Below are positions 19,824-29,059 of a DNA stretch of 64,000 bases, one piece after another. The stretch is from an uncultured SAR86 cluster bacterium. Lineage in GTDB: Bacteria; Pseudomonadota; Gammaproteobacteria; Magnimaribacterales; D2472. The notes beneath the pieces are model-generated. The model saw nothing but the letters and a program-made list of their open reading frames with translations. It did no database searches and was not told where the DNA came from. Location of the stretch: positions 36,105 to 100,104 of the forward strand of contig CABXPU010000001.1 in the NCBI GenBank assembly GCA_902514105.1, written 5' to 3'. The translations under genes and the position numbers were made by a program. Position 1 is the first letter of the stretch, and each line of letters opens with the position of its first letter.

Positions 19824-20276
19824 TTATCCGGTTTGAATATTTTTAACATGTTCAAATAATATTTCTTTTAAGTAAATCAAGTTTCTTTCACCAATATTCC
19901 AAGATACCTTTTTTTCAATTTCAATTAGATACTCAGCTCCTTCTTTTCTTATCGCTTGACCGCTATCAGTAATTATTACTTTCTTATCTTTCTTATTATC
20001 TTTGCTGGTTCTTAATTCTAAATACCCTTTATCTTTAAGTTTATGAATAGTTTTATGGACGGCTTGTCTAGAAATTCCAAGAATTCTTGCTAGCTCCGAA
20101 ATAGATTTTTCTTGACCTCTCAGCGCATTGAATAATTTTATTTCAGCAATAGTGCCTCGATATTCTGAATTTTGATTTAATTTTAGCATTTCTGATTCCA
20201 TCCATTCAGACGTTTCTAGTAATAATCTCAAGAGATTGGTTTCAAGGAAGTTTTTATGTGAATTATTGTCAATCAT
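19824..20276 (-). CDS. MarR family transcriptional regulator
   Basis: 150 aa. Winged-HTH segment SISELARILGISRQAVHKTIHKLKDKGYLELR. Divergent from a membrane protein gene. Confidence 0.7.
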   Translation of the reverse strand: MIDNNSHKNFLETNLLRLLLETSEWMESEMLKLNQNSEYRGTIAEIKLFNALRGQEKSISELARILGISRQAVHKTIHKLKDKGYLELRTSKDNKKDKKVIITDSGQAIRKEGAEYLIEIEKKVSWNIGERNLIYLKEILFEHVKNIQTG

Positions 20277-20277
20277 A

Positions 20278-20306
20278 TTGACATTATATCAGAATATGTC
20301 TATCTT
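20278..20306 (+). promoter_or_regulatory. candidate sigma-70 promoter (TTGACA-N17-TATCTT) with an embedded imperfect palindrome, a possible MarR operator
   Basis: TTGACA at 20278-20283, a 17-nt spacer and TATCTT at 20301-20306, 24 nt before the ATG at 20330. GACAT (20280-20284) and ATGTC (20296-20300) form the ends of a 21-bp imperfect palindrome (7 of 10 pairs) covering the spacer. Confidence 0.3.
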
Positions 20307-20329
20307 ATAGGCTAAAATATCAAAAATAT

Positions 20330-21298
20330 ATGCATATAAATAATTATTTCAAGGATAAAGTCTTCATATCTGGTATCAGCATCTGGATTATCGCTACTGT
20401 TTTTTACTTTATTTTTACTTCTTGGAATTTTAATGTTTCACCAATAGCTGAAGATGGCCTTATTAGCCTACTTACAATCTATATACCAGTAGTTCTATTA
20501 GCTGTCTTTTTGCTTCTTTATCTTACAAGAGATCGTAATAATATAGATTGGGAAGAAAACTTTACTGTTAATAAATCAACTGCAAAAAAAGAAGCTTGGT
20601 TTGTTTTTTTATATCTACTTATAACCCAACTAATCCTAGGAATTATTTTTAATATTGGACTTCATTTTCCTGGTACAGACATATATTCGTCAGGAAGCCA
20701 CTCACAATTCGATGTTTGGGTTTGGGTTATTACTTATACACTTGTATACACAATCCTTCCAATGTTATGGCTAAGAAATAAAGGATTTTCTCTAAAAAAA
20801 CTATTTGCTTCTTTGTCTTGGCGCAGAGATATATGGATCATTCTAGTTTATTGGGCAATTGATTTCTTTGGCCCCATTGTTAATGGAGCTTCAGATTTTG
20901 TTGGTGGGATTTCAGCAAGTCAGTATGCACAAGGAATTCCATGGGGGATATTTATAAATACTTTTGGAGCAGGGTTACCAGTAATAGTAATGATGCATAT
21001 AATTTTTATTCCTCGCATAGCAGTTCTAACAAATAATAAGTTAACTATTATCCTTGTTGGAGGCCTATTTTATTCAATGTTTAGTTTATTTGATCAAGGT
21101 ACTGATTATAGTTCTATAGAGACAGGCTTAACGACCTTTACTTACATTATCATGACTCAAACCCTAGTAGGAATGGGTAAGTCAGCATTCACCGTGATAA
21201 CTGGAAATCCATTTATTCATTTTATTACCCTGCATGTCATTAGTGCCAGAGTTCCATTTGATACAAGAATGTACGTTGAGATTTTTAGATTAAAGTAG
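20330..21298 (+). CDS. polytopic membrane protein, family not recognised
   Basis: 322-aa ORF with about 8-9 hydrophobic segments, and the only long ORF in this interval. No CPBP EExxxR motif, no rhodopsin Lys context and no transporter signature that I can recognise. Confidence 0.45.
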   Translation: MHINNYFKDKVFISGISIWIIATVFYFIFTSWNFNVSPIAEDGLISLLTIYIPVVLLAVFLLLYLTRDRNNIDWEENFTVNKSTAKKEAWFVFLYLLITQLILGIIFNIGLHFPGTDIYSSGSHSQFDVWVWVITYTLVYTILPMLWLRNKGFSLKKLFASLSWRRDIWIILVYWAIDFFGPIVNGASDFVGGISASQYAQGIPWGIFINTFGAGLPVIVMMHIIFIPRIAVLTNNKLTIILVGGLFYSMFSLFDQGTDYSSIETGLTTFTYIIMTQTLVGMGKSAFTVITGNPFIHFITLHVISARVPFDTRMYVEIFRLK

Positions 21299-21310
21299 TA
21301 TTTATAAGAA

Positions 21311-21386
21311 TGGTGCCCAGAGGTGGGATCGAACCACCGACACAAGGATTTTCAGTCCTTTGCTCTACCAACTGAGCTATCTGGGC
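21311..21386 (-). tRNA. tRNA-Phe (anticodon GAA), CCA encoded
   Basis: The reverse complement reads GCCCAGATAGCTCAGTTGGTAGAGCAAAGGACTGAAAATCCTTGTGTCGGTGGTTCGATCCCACCTCTGGGCACCA. It forms a cloverleaf with anticodon loop CTGAAAA and the T-loop GGTTCGATCC, and is near-identical in pattern to E. coli tRNA-Phe. Confidence 0.92.
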
Positions 21387-21443
21387 AAAAGTGAACTTTG
21401 GATTATAGGCAAGTTTAAGAGCGTTGTCACCAAGTCTAATTAG

Positions 21444-24047
21444 TTAAGAACGAACCTTTTCATTATTGGGATCATAGAGAGATCCTTTGCCAACTATTTG
21501 GACGGTCATGGGGTATAAACCATCACCATCTTCGTTAAAGTACTCCACTAATAACGCCTTCCCTGGTATAGCAATATCTTTTGGTAGATAACCCATCACT
21601 ACAAATTTTTTGATTGAAGGGCAGTAAGACATACCAGTGGTATAGGATCTTCGACCCTTGCTATCAACTGGTACTTCCCCTGTAGCGGGGTCAATAATTG
21701 GCGAGATGCCAACTGGATAACGTGCGTTACCTGATACATTCAGGCTATCAAGCGTCATGGTGCATAAGATTGCACTTGGCTCTTCTTCTCGATGAGAAAG
21801 ATGTGCTGCTTTACCATGGAAATCTGCTTCTTTAACTAGACGTCTTTCAATAGCCGCTTCACAAGCATTATATTCCGTCTCTAGATCTGCCCCTTGAAGT
21901 CGAAAGCTTTTTTCAAGCCGTCGACTATTGGCGTATGTTTCAATACCTACTGGCACAACTCCAACTTCAAGCAATGAGTCATAAAGAGCTAAACCTTCTT
22001 CACTATCATTATTTAAATAGATTTCCCAGCCGCTTTCACCAACATAGGAAATACGTGATGCCCAGACATCGATTTTCTTTCCGCCAGATAAATTAAGAGT
22101 TAGGTTTTTTGCTGCAACAAAAGGAAAATTCTCTATGCTAATTTCATTAGGATCAATAAAGTGACCCAGAGCATCTTTCGCTTTGGGGCCCCATAATCCT
22201 AAAGTTGCTATGTCATGAGTCCGTATCTTAATGTCTGCATCTAGCCCCATATCGTCCCGATAATTACGCAAGGTAACCCAGTCTCTGTTCCCATCAGCAC
22301 CACCGGTGACTACTCGATAACTATCTGAGCCCATACGGGAGATGGTAAGGTCTGCATGGACACCGCCATCATCATCTAAGAAATTAGTATAAATCATTCG
22401 TCCCTCAGGAGTGTTTCCACCAACCTTTGCGACAGAAAGGTATTCCAACATGCGCTCAGCATCAGGACCTTTGATATCTAAAATTGGAAAGTGAGACAGA
22501 TTAATCATCCCAGCCGAATCACTCATAGCCAGATGTTCTGCATTAGCAACTTCGTATGGGACGTGACGCTGATCCCACTCATTCTCTCTTACTGGGATAT
22601 CTTTTAAATAATTATCTAGTTTCTCTTTATTACTTTCATAAGCTAGGGCGCGCTCCCAGCCAGCAACCTCATTATCAAAGTATCCCCCAAGCTCTTTTTC
22701 TCTTGCATAAAATGGACTTACGTATTGCTCTCTTTGGCTAATATAGGGCTCTCTGGGGTGAACAGCAGGGGTATATATTGTTTGAGCATTTTCAAAAGAT
22801 CGAGTTTTAACAAAATCTTTTTCTTTTTGTTCAGGATAAAACCTAGCAATATCAAATGAATGCATATCCACTTGAGTTTTTCCATGAACCATAGATTCAG
22901 CACACAGTCTTGCACATCCAGGACCGTCTTTAACCCAAACAGCTTCACATAACCAAAAACCTCTAACTTCTGGGCTTTCACCAATTAGAGAACCAGCATC
23001 AGGAGTTACGGATAACAGACCATTAAAAGAACTCCTTTCATCCCAGCCTAACTCATTAAGTATGGGTGTCGTTTCGAAAGCCTTTTCTAGCGGTTCCGCT
23101 ATCTCTTCAAGACTCAGGTATCTCATTGAATCAGAAGTCATTGTTTTCTCAGGGTTGCCGATATCCTCAGGATCAACCATTCGAGGCTCTTTATCTTCGT
23201 AATATCCCCATTCAAGCATTCCGCCATGAAGCCTACCTGTATCTCTCACATAGGCTGAATTACCCTGATCACGCATTAATGGATAAACGAGGTAATCTTC
23301 TGCACCTTGTGCTTCTGGCAGAGGTCCAAAAAATAACAAAGGGTGCTCTACCGGCATAAGTGGAACTGGGACACCTGCCTTTGCTCCCATTAAGGGCCCC
23401 CAAATGCCTGATGCAAGTACAACTTTCTCAGTTTTAATTGTTCCTTTGTCTGTTTTCACTCCAGTAACTCTTCCATTCTCAATCTCAAAGTCTAAAGCAG
23501 GGGTTTCAGTGAATGTAGTTAAAGCGCCTTTATCTTTGGCGTGTTCTACAGCAAAACTCACCACATCCTGAGAGCGAGGCGTCACTAAACCTGCATCTGG
23601 ATCCCACATAGCACCTCGTATAGATTCTTCTTCTAATAAAGGAAATTTTTCTTTAGCTTCAGAAGCAGAAATTAGCCTGACATTAGTTCCAAAAGCTTTA
23701 CCCGAACCAACCTTACGCTTAAGTTCCTCCCAACGCCCATCATCATCTTTGCGACAGATTTCTAGACCGCCTTTTTTTAAGAAGAAGCCATGCTCTTCAT
23801 AAAACTTTCTACTAAAGTCAGTCGTCCAACAACCCAATTTGTCATGAGTTGTGTTGTAGACAAAATCAGAAGCATGCGCAGTAGATGCTATATCTGAAGG
23901 AATAACAGTAGATTTTTCTAATCCTACAATATTTTTCTGGCCTAGCTCTGCGAGCCAGTAAGCAAGCATTGATCCAACAATACCGCCTACACCAACAATA
24001 ACTACATCTGCTTCTTTAGGAAATTTAGAGTTTGGATTATCAGTCAT
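21444..24047 (-). CDS. dimethylglycine/sarcosine dehydrogenase family enzyme (N-terminal FAD oxidoreductase fused to a GcvT-like folate-binding domain)
   Basis: The track ORF (to 24089) starts at a TTG. The ATG at 24047 gives MTDNPNSKFPKEADVVIVGVGGIVGS, with the dinucleotide-binding GxGxxG close to the N-terminus. The C-terminal half has GcvT-like motifs (ISYVGESGWEIY, ANSRRLEKSFRL). Exact substrate cannot be assigned. Confidence 0.8.
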   Translation of the reverse strand: MTDNPNSKFPKEADVVIVGVGGIVGSMLAYWLAELGQKNIVGLEKSTVIPSDIASTAHASDFVYNTTHDKLGCWTTDFSRKFYEEHGFFLKKGGLEICRKDDDGRWEELKRKVGSGKAFGTNVRLISASEAKEKFPLLEEESIRGAMWDPDAGLVTPRSQDVVSFAVEHAKDKGALTTFTETPALDFEIENGRVTGVKTDKGTIKTEKVVLASGIWGPLMGAKAGVPVPLMPVEHPLLFFGPLPEAQGAEDYLVYPLMRDQGNSAYVRDTGRLHGGMLEWGYYEDKEPRMVDPEDIGNPEKTMTSDSMRYLSLEEIAEPLEKAFETTPILNELGWDERSSFNGLLSVTPDAGSLIGESPEVRGFWLCEAVWVKDGPGCARLCAESMVHGKTQVDMHSFDIARFYPEQKEKDFVKTRSFENAQTIYTPAVHPREPYISQREQYVSPFYAREKELGGYFDNEVAGWERALAYESNKEKLDNYLKDIPVRENEWDQRHVPYEVANAEHLAMSDSAGMINLSHFPILDIKGPDAERMLEYLSVAKVGGNTPEGRMIYTNFLDDDGGVHADLTISRMGSDSYRVVTGGADGNRDWVTLRNYRDDMGLDADIKIRTHDIATLGLWGPKAKDALGHFIDPNEISIENFPFVAAKNLTLNLSGGKKIDVWASRISYVGESGWEIYLNNDSEEGLALYDSLLEVGVVPVGIETYANSRRLEKSFRLQGADLETEYNACEAAIERRLVKEADFHGKAAHLSHREEEPSAILCTMTLDSLNVSGNARYPVGISPIIDPATGEVPVDSKGRRSYTTGMSYCPSIKKFVVMGYLPKDIAIPGKALLVEYFNEDGDGLYPMTVQIVGKGSLYDPNNEKVRS

Positions 24048-24222
24048 AGTATCAAAATTAAACTCTATTTCTTTTATTTTGTAAATCAAAATATTTAATG
24101 ATTTTAAGGCTACTAAATAATTTTAAATTTGATTGCAAAGTTAGCTGGCTAAAGAGAGGATTTCTTTATTGTAAGATTGGCGAAGTGATCTTATTAGGGT
24201 ATATAAAAGATGGGGCAAAATC

Positions 24223-24492
24223 TCAGTCTAGCGCCTTAAATCCAGATGCTTTTTCATAATCTTCGTTATTAAAAAATTTATCCATTTGCTCTATGAGCCA
24301 TTTCCTATTTTCTGGATCAGACATATCCAAATGCTTTTCATTTATTAAAGTGGTTTGATGTGATTTCCACATCTCCCAAGCTTCTTCAGATATAGAGTTC
24401 ATAATCTCAATACCTTTTGGTCCAGGCATAGGGGGCATCAATAAAGCATTTAATTCTTTATTGAGTTTTTTGCATAATATTTTTTTAGCCAT
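24223..24492 (-). CDS. yggX: Fe(2+)-trafficking / oxidative-damage protection protein YggX
   Basis: 89 aa. ISEEAWEMWKSHQTTLINEKHLDMSDPENRKWL parallels E. coli YggX [33 protein letters not shown]. Located downstream of mutY as in E. coli. Confidence 0.85.
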   Translation of the reverse strand: MAKKILCKKLNKELNALLMPPMPGPKGIEIMNSISEEAWEMWKSHQTTLINEKHLDMSDPENRKWLIEQMDKFFNNEDYEKASGFKALD

Positions 24493-25507
24493 AATTCTCT
24501 ATTATAGTCTTTATAGGTTTTGGCAGGCCAAAATTGTCAATTTGGCTTTTACTTACCCACCGATGTTCTAGATTTGTTTTGATTTTAAACGGCCTCTTGT
24601 AGTCAAAAATTTCGATAGTTATATCTAGATCCATATGAGACAAGGTATGATTAAAATTCTTAATTTCGCTTTTAGATGGTTCTTTAAAAATATTTGATTT
24701 TTTAAGATTTTGATTATCATATGGGACCCACAAACTTTCCCAAAAGGTTTTCTCATTTTTCTTAAATAGCAAGAAAGATTTCTTTGAATGTGCCAACGTA
24801 AAGTAAATCTTCTTCTTAGATTTTTCTTTTTTATTTTTATTTCCTATTTCAAATTTTTCAAACGCACTTTCGCATGATTGATTAATAGGGCATTCTTTAC
24901 AGTTTGGAGATCTAGCATTACAAGTTGTTGCACCCAAATCCATTATTCCCTGAGTATATTCAAATATATTATTTATAGGAGTTAGAGATTTAGATAATGA
25001 CCAAAGATTTTTCATAGCATCTTTTTTCTCTAGATTAATGTTTTTGTATCTTGATATTACTCTTTTAACATTTGCATCCAAGATTGGATAAGATTTCCCA
25101 TAAGCGATCGACATAATAGCTCCAGCAGTAGACTGACCAATGCCAGGAAGAAGGATTAATTCATCAAATTTTGTTGGAAATCTGTTGCTATATTCTTTTT
25201 TTATAATTTCTTTTGCTTTGAATATATTTTTTGCTCTTCTATAAAAACCTAAGCCAGTCCATAAAGCTAAAATGTCGTCTTCTGTTGCTGGCGCAATTGA
25301 TTTTAAGTTTGGATATTTTTTAATAAATTTTTTATAAAATGGGATAGCAGTTTTAACCTGAGTTTGTTGCAACATGATTTCAGAAATCCAAACCCTATAA
25401 CCCGAGATATTTTTTCGCCAGGGCAGGTCTTCTCTGCCACTTGAAATATACCAATTTATTATTTCATTAGAAAAATCTATATCTTTAGTTGAGTAATTAT
25501 TTTTCAT
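24485..25507 (-). CDS. mutY: A/G-specific adenine DNA glycosylase
   Basis: HhH-GPD core ([14 protein letters not shown]), a 4Fe-4S cluster loop ([17 protein letters not shown]) and a C-terminal MutT-like domain. The track start at 25567 lies deep inside gpmA. The ATG at 25507 (MKNNYSTKD...) leaves an 11-nt overlap. Confidence 0.85.
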   Translation of the reverse strand: MKNNYSTKDIDFSNEIINWYISSGREDLPWRKNISGYRVWISEIMLQQTQVKTAIPFYKKFIKKYPNLKSIAPATEDDILALWTGLGFYRRAKNIFKAKEIIKKEYSNRFPTKFDELILLPGIGQSTAGAIMSIAYGKSYPILDANVKRVISRYKNINLEKKDAMKNLWSLSKSLTPINNIFEYTQGIMDLGATTCNARSPNCKECPINQSCESAFEKFEIGNKNKKEKSKKKIYFTLAHSKKSFLLFKKNEKTFWESLWVPYDNQNLKKSNIFKEPSKSEIKNFNHTLSHMDLDITIEIFDYKRPFKIKTNLEHRWVSKSQIDNFGLPKPIKTIIENYG

Positions 25508-26126
25508 GAAGATCTTTGCGGAATGCCACAGAACCATCTTCATTAAATCTATAATGTATGGGTGCACCAGTAGGTATTTCTAGTTTTACAATATCTTCTT
25601 CTGACATTGAATCCAGCTGCATAATCAGGGCTCTAAGAGAATTACCATGGGCTGCAATTAAAACGTTTTTGCCTAGAAGAATTTCTGGCATTATTAAATC
25701 ATTAAAATAAGGAAGAACTCTTTCTGCAGTATTTTTTAAGCTTTCACCATTAGGCGGAGGTGTGTCATAAGATCTTCTCCAAATATGAACTTGCTCTTCT
25801 CCCCACTTCTCTCTAGCATCATCTTTATTTAATCCAGAAAGACTTCCATAATCACGCTCATTTAATGCTTGGTTCTTAATAGTGACAAGATCCTCTTGAT
25901 TAATTTGCTTAAGAATACTGGTTCCTGTTATCTGAGCTCTCTTTAGGTCGGAGGTAAACATAACATCAAAAACGATTTCAGTTTTTTTAATAGCAACCCC
26001 AGCATTGTCAGCTTCTTCATAGCCAAGGGGCGTTAAGCCAGGATTTTTCCATCCAGTAAATAGATTTTTTTTATTCCATTCACTTTGACCATGCCTTACT
26101 AAGATTAAGTTTCTTTTTTGGCCCAT
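25497..26126 (-). CDS. gpmA: 2,3-bisphosphoglycerate-dependent phosphoglycerate mutase (short form)
   Basis: 209 aa. The catalytic motif [10 protein letters not shown] lies at the N-terminus, with a second His context [10 protein letters not shown]. Confidence 0.85.
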   Translation of the reverse strand: MGQKRNLILVRHGQSEWNKKNLFTGWKNPGLTPLGYEEADNAGVAIKKTEIVFDVMFTSDLKRAQITGTSILKQINQEDLVTIKNQALNERDYGSLSGLNKDDAREKWGEEQVHIWRRSYDTPPPNGESLKNTAERVLPYFNDLIMPEILLGKNVLIAAHGNSLRALIMQLDSMSEEDIVKLEIPTGAPIHYRFNEDGSVAFRKDLHEK

Positions 26127-26175
26127 TTATAACTCCTTTAAACACAAGAGACCTATTTTAAGAGATAATACGCAG

Positions 26176-26586
26176 ATGTTCGAATTCAGTTTATTTTTAA
26201 CAGACTACTGGTATTACTCTTTTCCATTATTCATAACTATTATCTTATGGTCTAGGTATGAAATGAATAGGGGGGGTAATAAAATTTCTTGCTCAGATTT
26301 AACAAAATTAGTTAACAAGGATTCAGCTTTGCTAATAGATTTAAGGTCATCAGATGAATTTAATAAAGGGCATATAGCAAATAGTCTCAATATGCCTCAT
26401 GATGATTTTAAAAATTATAGCCATCAAATACCGCCCGATTTAGACAAGCCTATTGTTTTGATCTGTTCTATGGGAAGACAGTCTGGGAATATAGGCGAGT
26501 CTCTTAGGAAAGATAAATATACTAATATTAATATCCTTTCTGGCGGGATTATGACATGGCAACAAGAAGGACTTCCCTTAATCTAA
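26176..26586 (+). CDS. membrane-anchored rhodanese-domain sulfurtransferase
   Basis: 136 aa. N-terminal TM helix followed by a rhodanese fold (LIDLRSSDEFNKGHI) and an active-site loop CSMGRQS. Confidence 0.7.
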   Translation: MFEFSLFLTDYWYYSFPLFITIILWSRYEMNRGGNKISCSDLTKLVNKDSALLIDLRSSDEFNKGHIANSLNMPHDDFKNYSHQIPPDLDKPIVLICSMGRQSGNIGESLRKDKYTNINILSGGIMTWQQEGLPLI

Positions 26587-26597
26587 AAGAAGATTAA

Positions 26598-27977
26598 TTA
26601 TATTCCTAGTTCTTTCATTTTTTTGCTTAGAGTATTTCTGCCCCATCCCAATAAAACCGCTGCCTCATTTTTTTTACCATTAGTTTTCTCGAGTGCAGCT
26701 TGTATCAGTATCTTATCTAGCTTAGGTCCGACTATTTCCAATAAGTTTGTGTCTTTGCTATTTGCTAGATCTTTTACCCATAATTCAAGACCTTTCTCCC
26801 ATCCTGCCGAAGCACTAAATTCAATTGGCTCATTGTCTTTTATTTCAGTAGGTAAATCTTCAACTTTAATATTCTGAGTTGGTGACATAAGAGTTAACCA
26901 GTAACAAATATTCTCTAGCTGTCTAACATTTCCAGGCCAATCATAGCTTTCCAGAATTGCCAAAGCTTCTTTACTAAGTACTCTTAACTCTTCACCCAAT
27001 GAATCAGAATGCATTTTTAAAAACGCTGTTGTTAATAATTTAATATCACTTATTCGGTCTTTTAATCTTGGAACTTCTATTCTTATAACGTTCAATCTAT
27101 AAAATAAGTCCTCTCTAAACTTAGATAAACTTACTAGACCGTGAAGATCTTGATGGGTTGCTGCAAGAATTCTTACATCTACTTTTATTGGCTTATCTCC
27201 ACCAACCCTATAAAACTCTTTGTTGGATAGAACTCTTAATAGTCTTGTTTGGCACTCTAATGGCATATCGCCAATTTCATCTAGAAATAATGTACCTCCA
27301 TTAGCTTGCTCAAATCTTCCAATTCTTTGCTCAACTGCTCCTGTGAAAGCACCTTTTTCATGGCCAAATAATTCTGACTCTACAAGCTCTTTTGGTATAT
27401 CTGCCATATTTAAGGCAACAAAAGGCATGTCGTATCTAGGGCTATTTTTATGTAAGGACTTTGCTATAAGCTCCTTACCGGTTCCAGACTCACCTTCAAT
27501 TAAAACAGTTGCATTAGTGTTAGATAACTTTCCTATCGCTCGAAATACAATCTGCATAGAAGAAGCATTTCCAATAATTTCTGAAGAAGATATAGCTTTT
27601 AAGCCACTGGTCTTAGGCTTGCCCTCAAGAGCTCTATGAATAATTTCAATAGCTTCATCTAGATCAAAAGGTTTTGGTAAATATTCAAATGCACCTCCGC
27701 CGTAGGAATCAACTGCAGCCTGCATGTCTGTAAACGCTGTCATTACAATTACTGGGATTTCTTCAAAATTATCATTTACATGTTTGAGCAAATCATAACC
27801 ATGAGTTCCTGGCATTTTTATATCTGTAATAATCAGATCTGGCTGTGATTTATTTAATTCAGTTATCAGGCTGTCAGCATCTTTAAATATATCAATATCA
27901 AACCCAGCGCTTTTTAAACTTTCCTCAAGGACCATTCTGATTGCATCATCATCATCTGCTACCCATATTTTATGCAT
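26598..27977 (-). CDS. ntrC: nitrogen regulation response regulator NtrC (sigma-54-dependent activator)
   Basis: 459 aa. Receiver domain (DDDD..., DIKMPG), AAA+ domain (GESGTGKE, GAFTGA, ESELFGHEKGAFTGA) and a C-terminal Fis-type HTH (NEAAVLLGWGRNTLSKKMKELGI). Confidence 0.88.
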   Translation of the reverse strand: MHKIWVADDDDAIRMVLEESLKSAGFDIDIFKDADSLITELNKSQPDLIITDIKMPGTHGYDLLKHVNDNFEEIPVIVMTAFTDMQAAVDSYGGGAFEYLPKPFDLDEAIEIIHRALEGKPKTSGLKAISSSEIIGNASSMQIVFRAIGKLSNTNATVLIEGESGTGKELIAKSLHKNSPRYDMPFVALNMADIPKELVESELFGHEKGAFTGAVEQRIGRFEQANGGTLFLDEIGDMPLECQTRLLRVLSNKEFYRVGGDKPIKVDVRILAATHQDLHGLVSLSKFREDLFYRLNVIRIEVPRLKDRISDIKLLTTAFLKMHSDSLGEELRVLSKEALAILESYDWPGNVRQLENICYWLTLMSPTQNIKVEDLPTEIKDNEPIEFSASAGWEKGLELWVKDLANSKDTNLLEIVGPKLDKILIQAALEKTNGKKNEAAVLLGWGRNTLSKKMKELGI

Positions 27978-29058
27978 TAGCTACACCTCTAAGCTCAAGA
28001 GCTGATAAAGGTAAGGAGATTATAAAAACTGTTTCTCCCGGTTTGCTGGAAAAAGAAATAGATCCTCCATGGATCCTAATAATATCTTGCGCAATTGATA
28101 ATCCAAGACCAGAACCATCTTCTTTTGTAGACATCATTGGAAAGAACACTTGCTCTTGTATGTCTTCTGGAATCCCGGGCCCGTTGTCTATAATTTTTAT
28201 ATTACATATAGTTGAAAAAACATTCCCATTTATTGGTTTGTTATATTCCACCCTGGAAGATATTGTTATTGAAGACTCTTTATCTTCGATATCAATTGCC
28301 TGCATAGCATTTTTTACAATATTTAAGATAGCATGTATAAAGAAATTTTCGTCTCCATGAATATCTGGAATACTGGGGTCATAATCTCTTATAAGATTAA
28401 AATTTTTATTTTCTTCTGCCAAAGCTAGCGAATGAACTCTTTCTAATGCAGAGTGAATATTAAAATTTTCAAAGTTTGGTTTTTTGGGCGGCGTTAGAAT
28501 CTTACTTACAATAGAATTTAATCTCTCAGTTTCATCAGAAATGATCTTTAAGAATTTTGAAGAGAACTCATCCTTCCACTTAGAGCTTAGTATTTGGGCA
28601 CTCCCTTTAATTCCTGATAATGGATTTTTTACTTCATGAGCCAAGGTTCTGGCTAGATTTGCAGCTATTTTTTGAGAGGATAGTATTTTTGATGAATCTA
28701 TAATTCTATTCAGGTTATCAACGCACATAACTTCTACAATTATTTGTTTATCTTTTGTAGAGAAAGAAACTGTAAGATCCACTTCCCGGACAGATTCATC
28801 ATTAGCAATCAGTTCAAAATCTCTTTTGGTTACTGATTTCTTATCACTTACAGCCATATTCATTATTCTTTTTAGCTCACTCTCTGTCTCATAAGATAAG
28901 AAGTTAGAATATGATGATGGTTCTTTGGAATCTTTTATCCAGCCGTTTGTAAGACCTGATTCATTTATCCATAAAATATTTAGATCTTCATCTAAAACTA
29001 TTATTTCAGTCGTTAAATGGTTTAATAAAGATGTTTCTAATTTTTCTAATTTAACCAT
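27970..29058 (-). CDS. ntrB: nitrogen regulation sensor histidine kinase NtrB
   Basis: 362 aa. N-terminal PAS-like region, H-box LAHEVKNPLSGIKG, and N, G1 and G2 boxes (NAMQA, DNGPGIP, GSGLGLSIA). Overlaps ntrC by 8 nt. Confidence 0.85.
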   Translation of the reverse strand: MVKLEKLETSLLNHLTTEIIVLDEDLNILWINESGLTNGWIKDSKEPSSYSNFLSYETESELKRIMNMAVSDKKSVTKRDFELIANDESVREVDLTVSFSTKDKQIIVEVMCVDNLNRIIDSSKILSSQKIAANLARTLAHEVKNPLSGIKGSAQILSSKWKDEFSSKFLKIISDETERLNSIVSKILTPPKKPNFENFNIHSALERVHSLALAEENKNFNLIRDYDPSIPDIHGDENFFIHAILNIVKNAMQAIDIEDKESSITISSRVEYNKPINGNVFSTICNIKIIDNGPGIPEDIQEQVFFPMMSTKEDGSGLGLSIAQDIIRIHGGSISFSSKPGETVFIISLPLSALELRGVANA

Positions 29059-29059
29059 T

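Noticed and set aside
16408-21386. Possible genomic island integrated at the 3' end of tRNA-Phe. The less housekeeping-like block (hydroxylase, DUF3784-like, MDR reductase, pip, MarR, unknown membrane protein) lies on the 3' side of the tRNA.
   Set aside because: There is no integrase, recombinase, transposase or phage gene. I could not find a direct repeat of the tRNA 3' end in any of the intergenic gaps of the block (16351-16407, 17564-17620, 18761-18829, 19787-19823). Composition also looks like the rest of the window by eye. A computed GC and k-mer profile and a repeat search would settle it.
24150-24235. Plus-strand stretch with pieces reminiscent of a glycine riboswitch (AAAGAGAGGA ... 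GGCGAAG ... GGGGCAAAATCTCAG), close to a glycine-producing demethylase gene.
   Set aside because: The pieces are in the wrong arrangement, because the consensus has CACCGAAGGGGCAA contiguous. The element would be on the plus strand and read into the antisense of yggX, whereas the candidate regulated gene is on the minus strand. The minus-strand sequence shows no comparable motif. An Infernal scan would be needed to be definitive.
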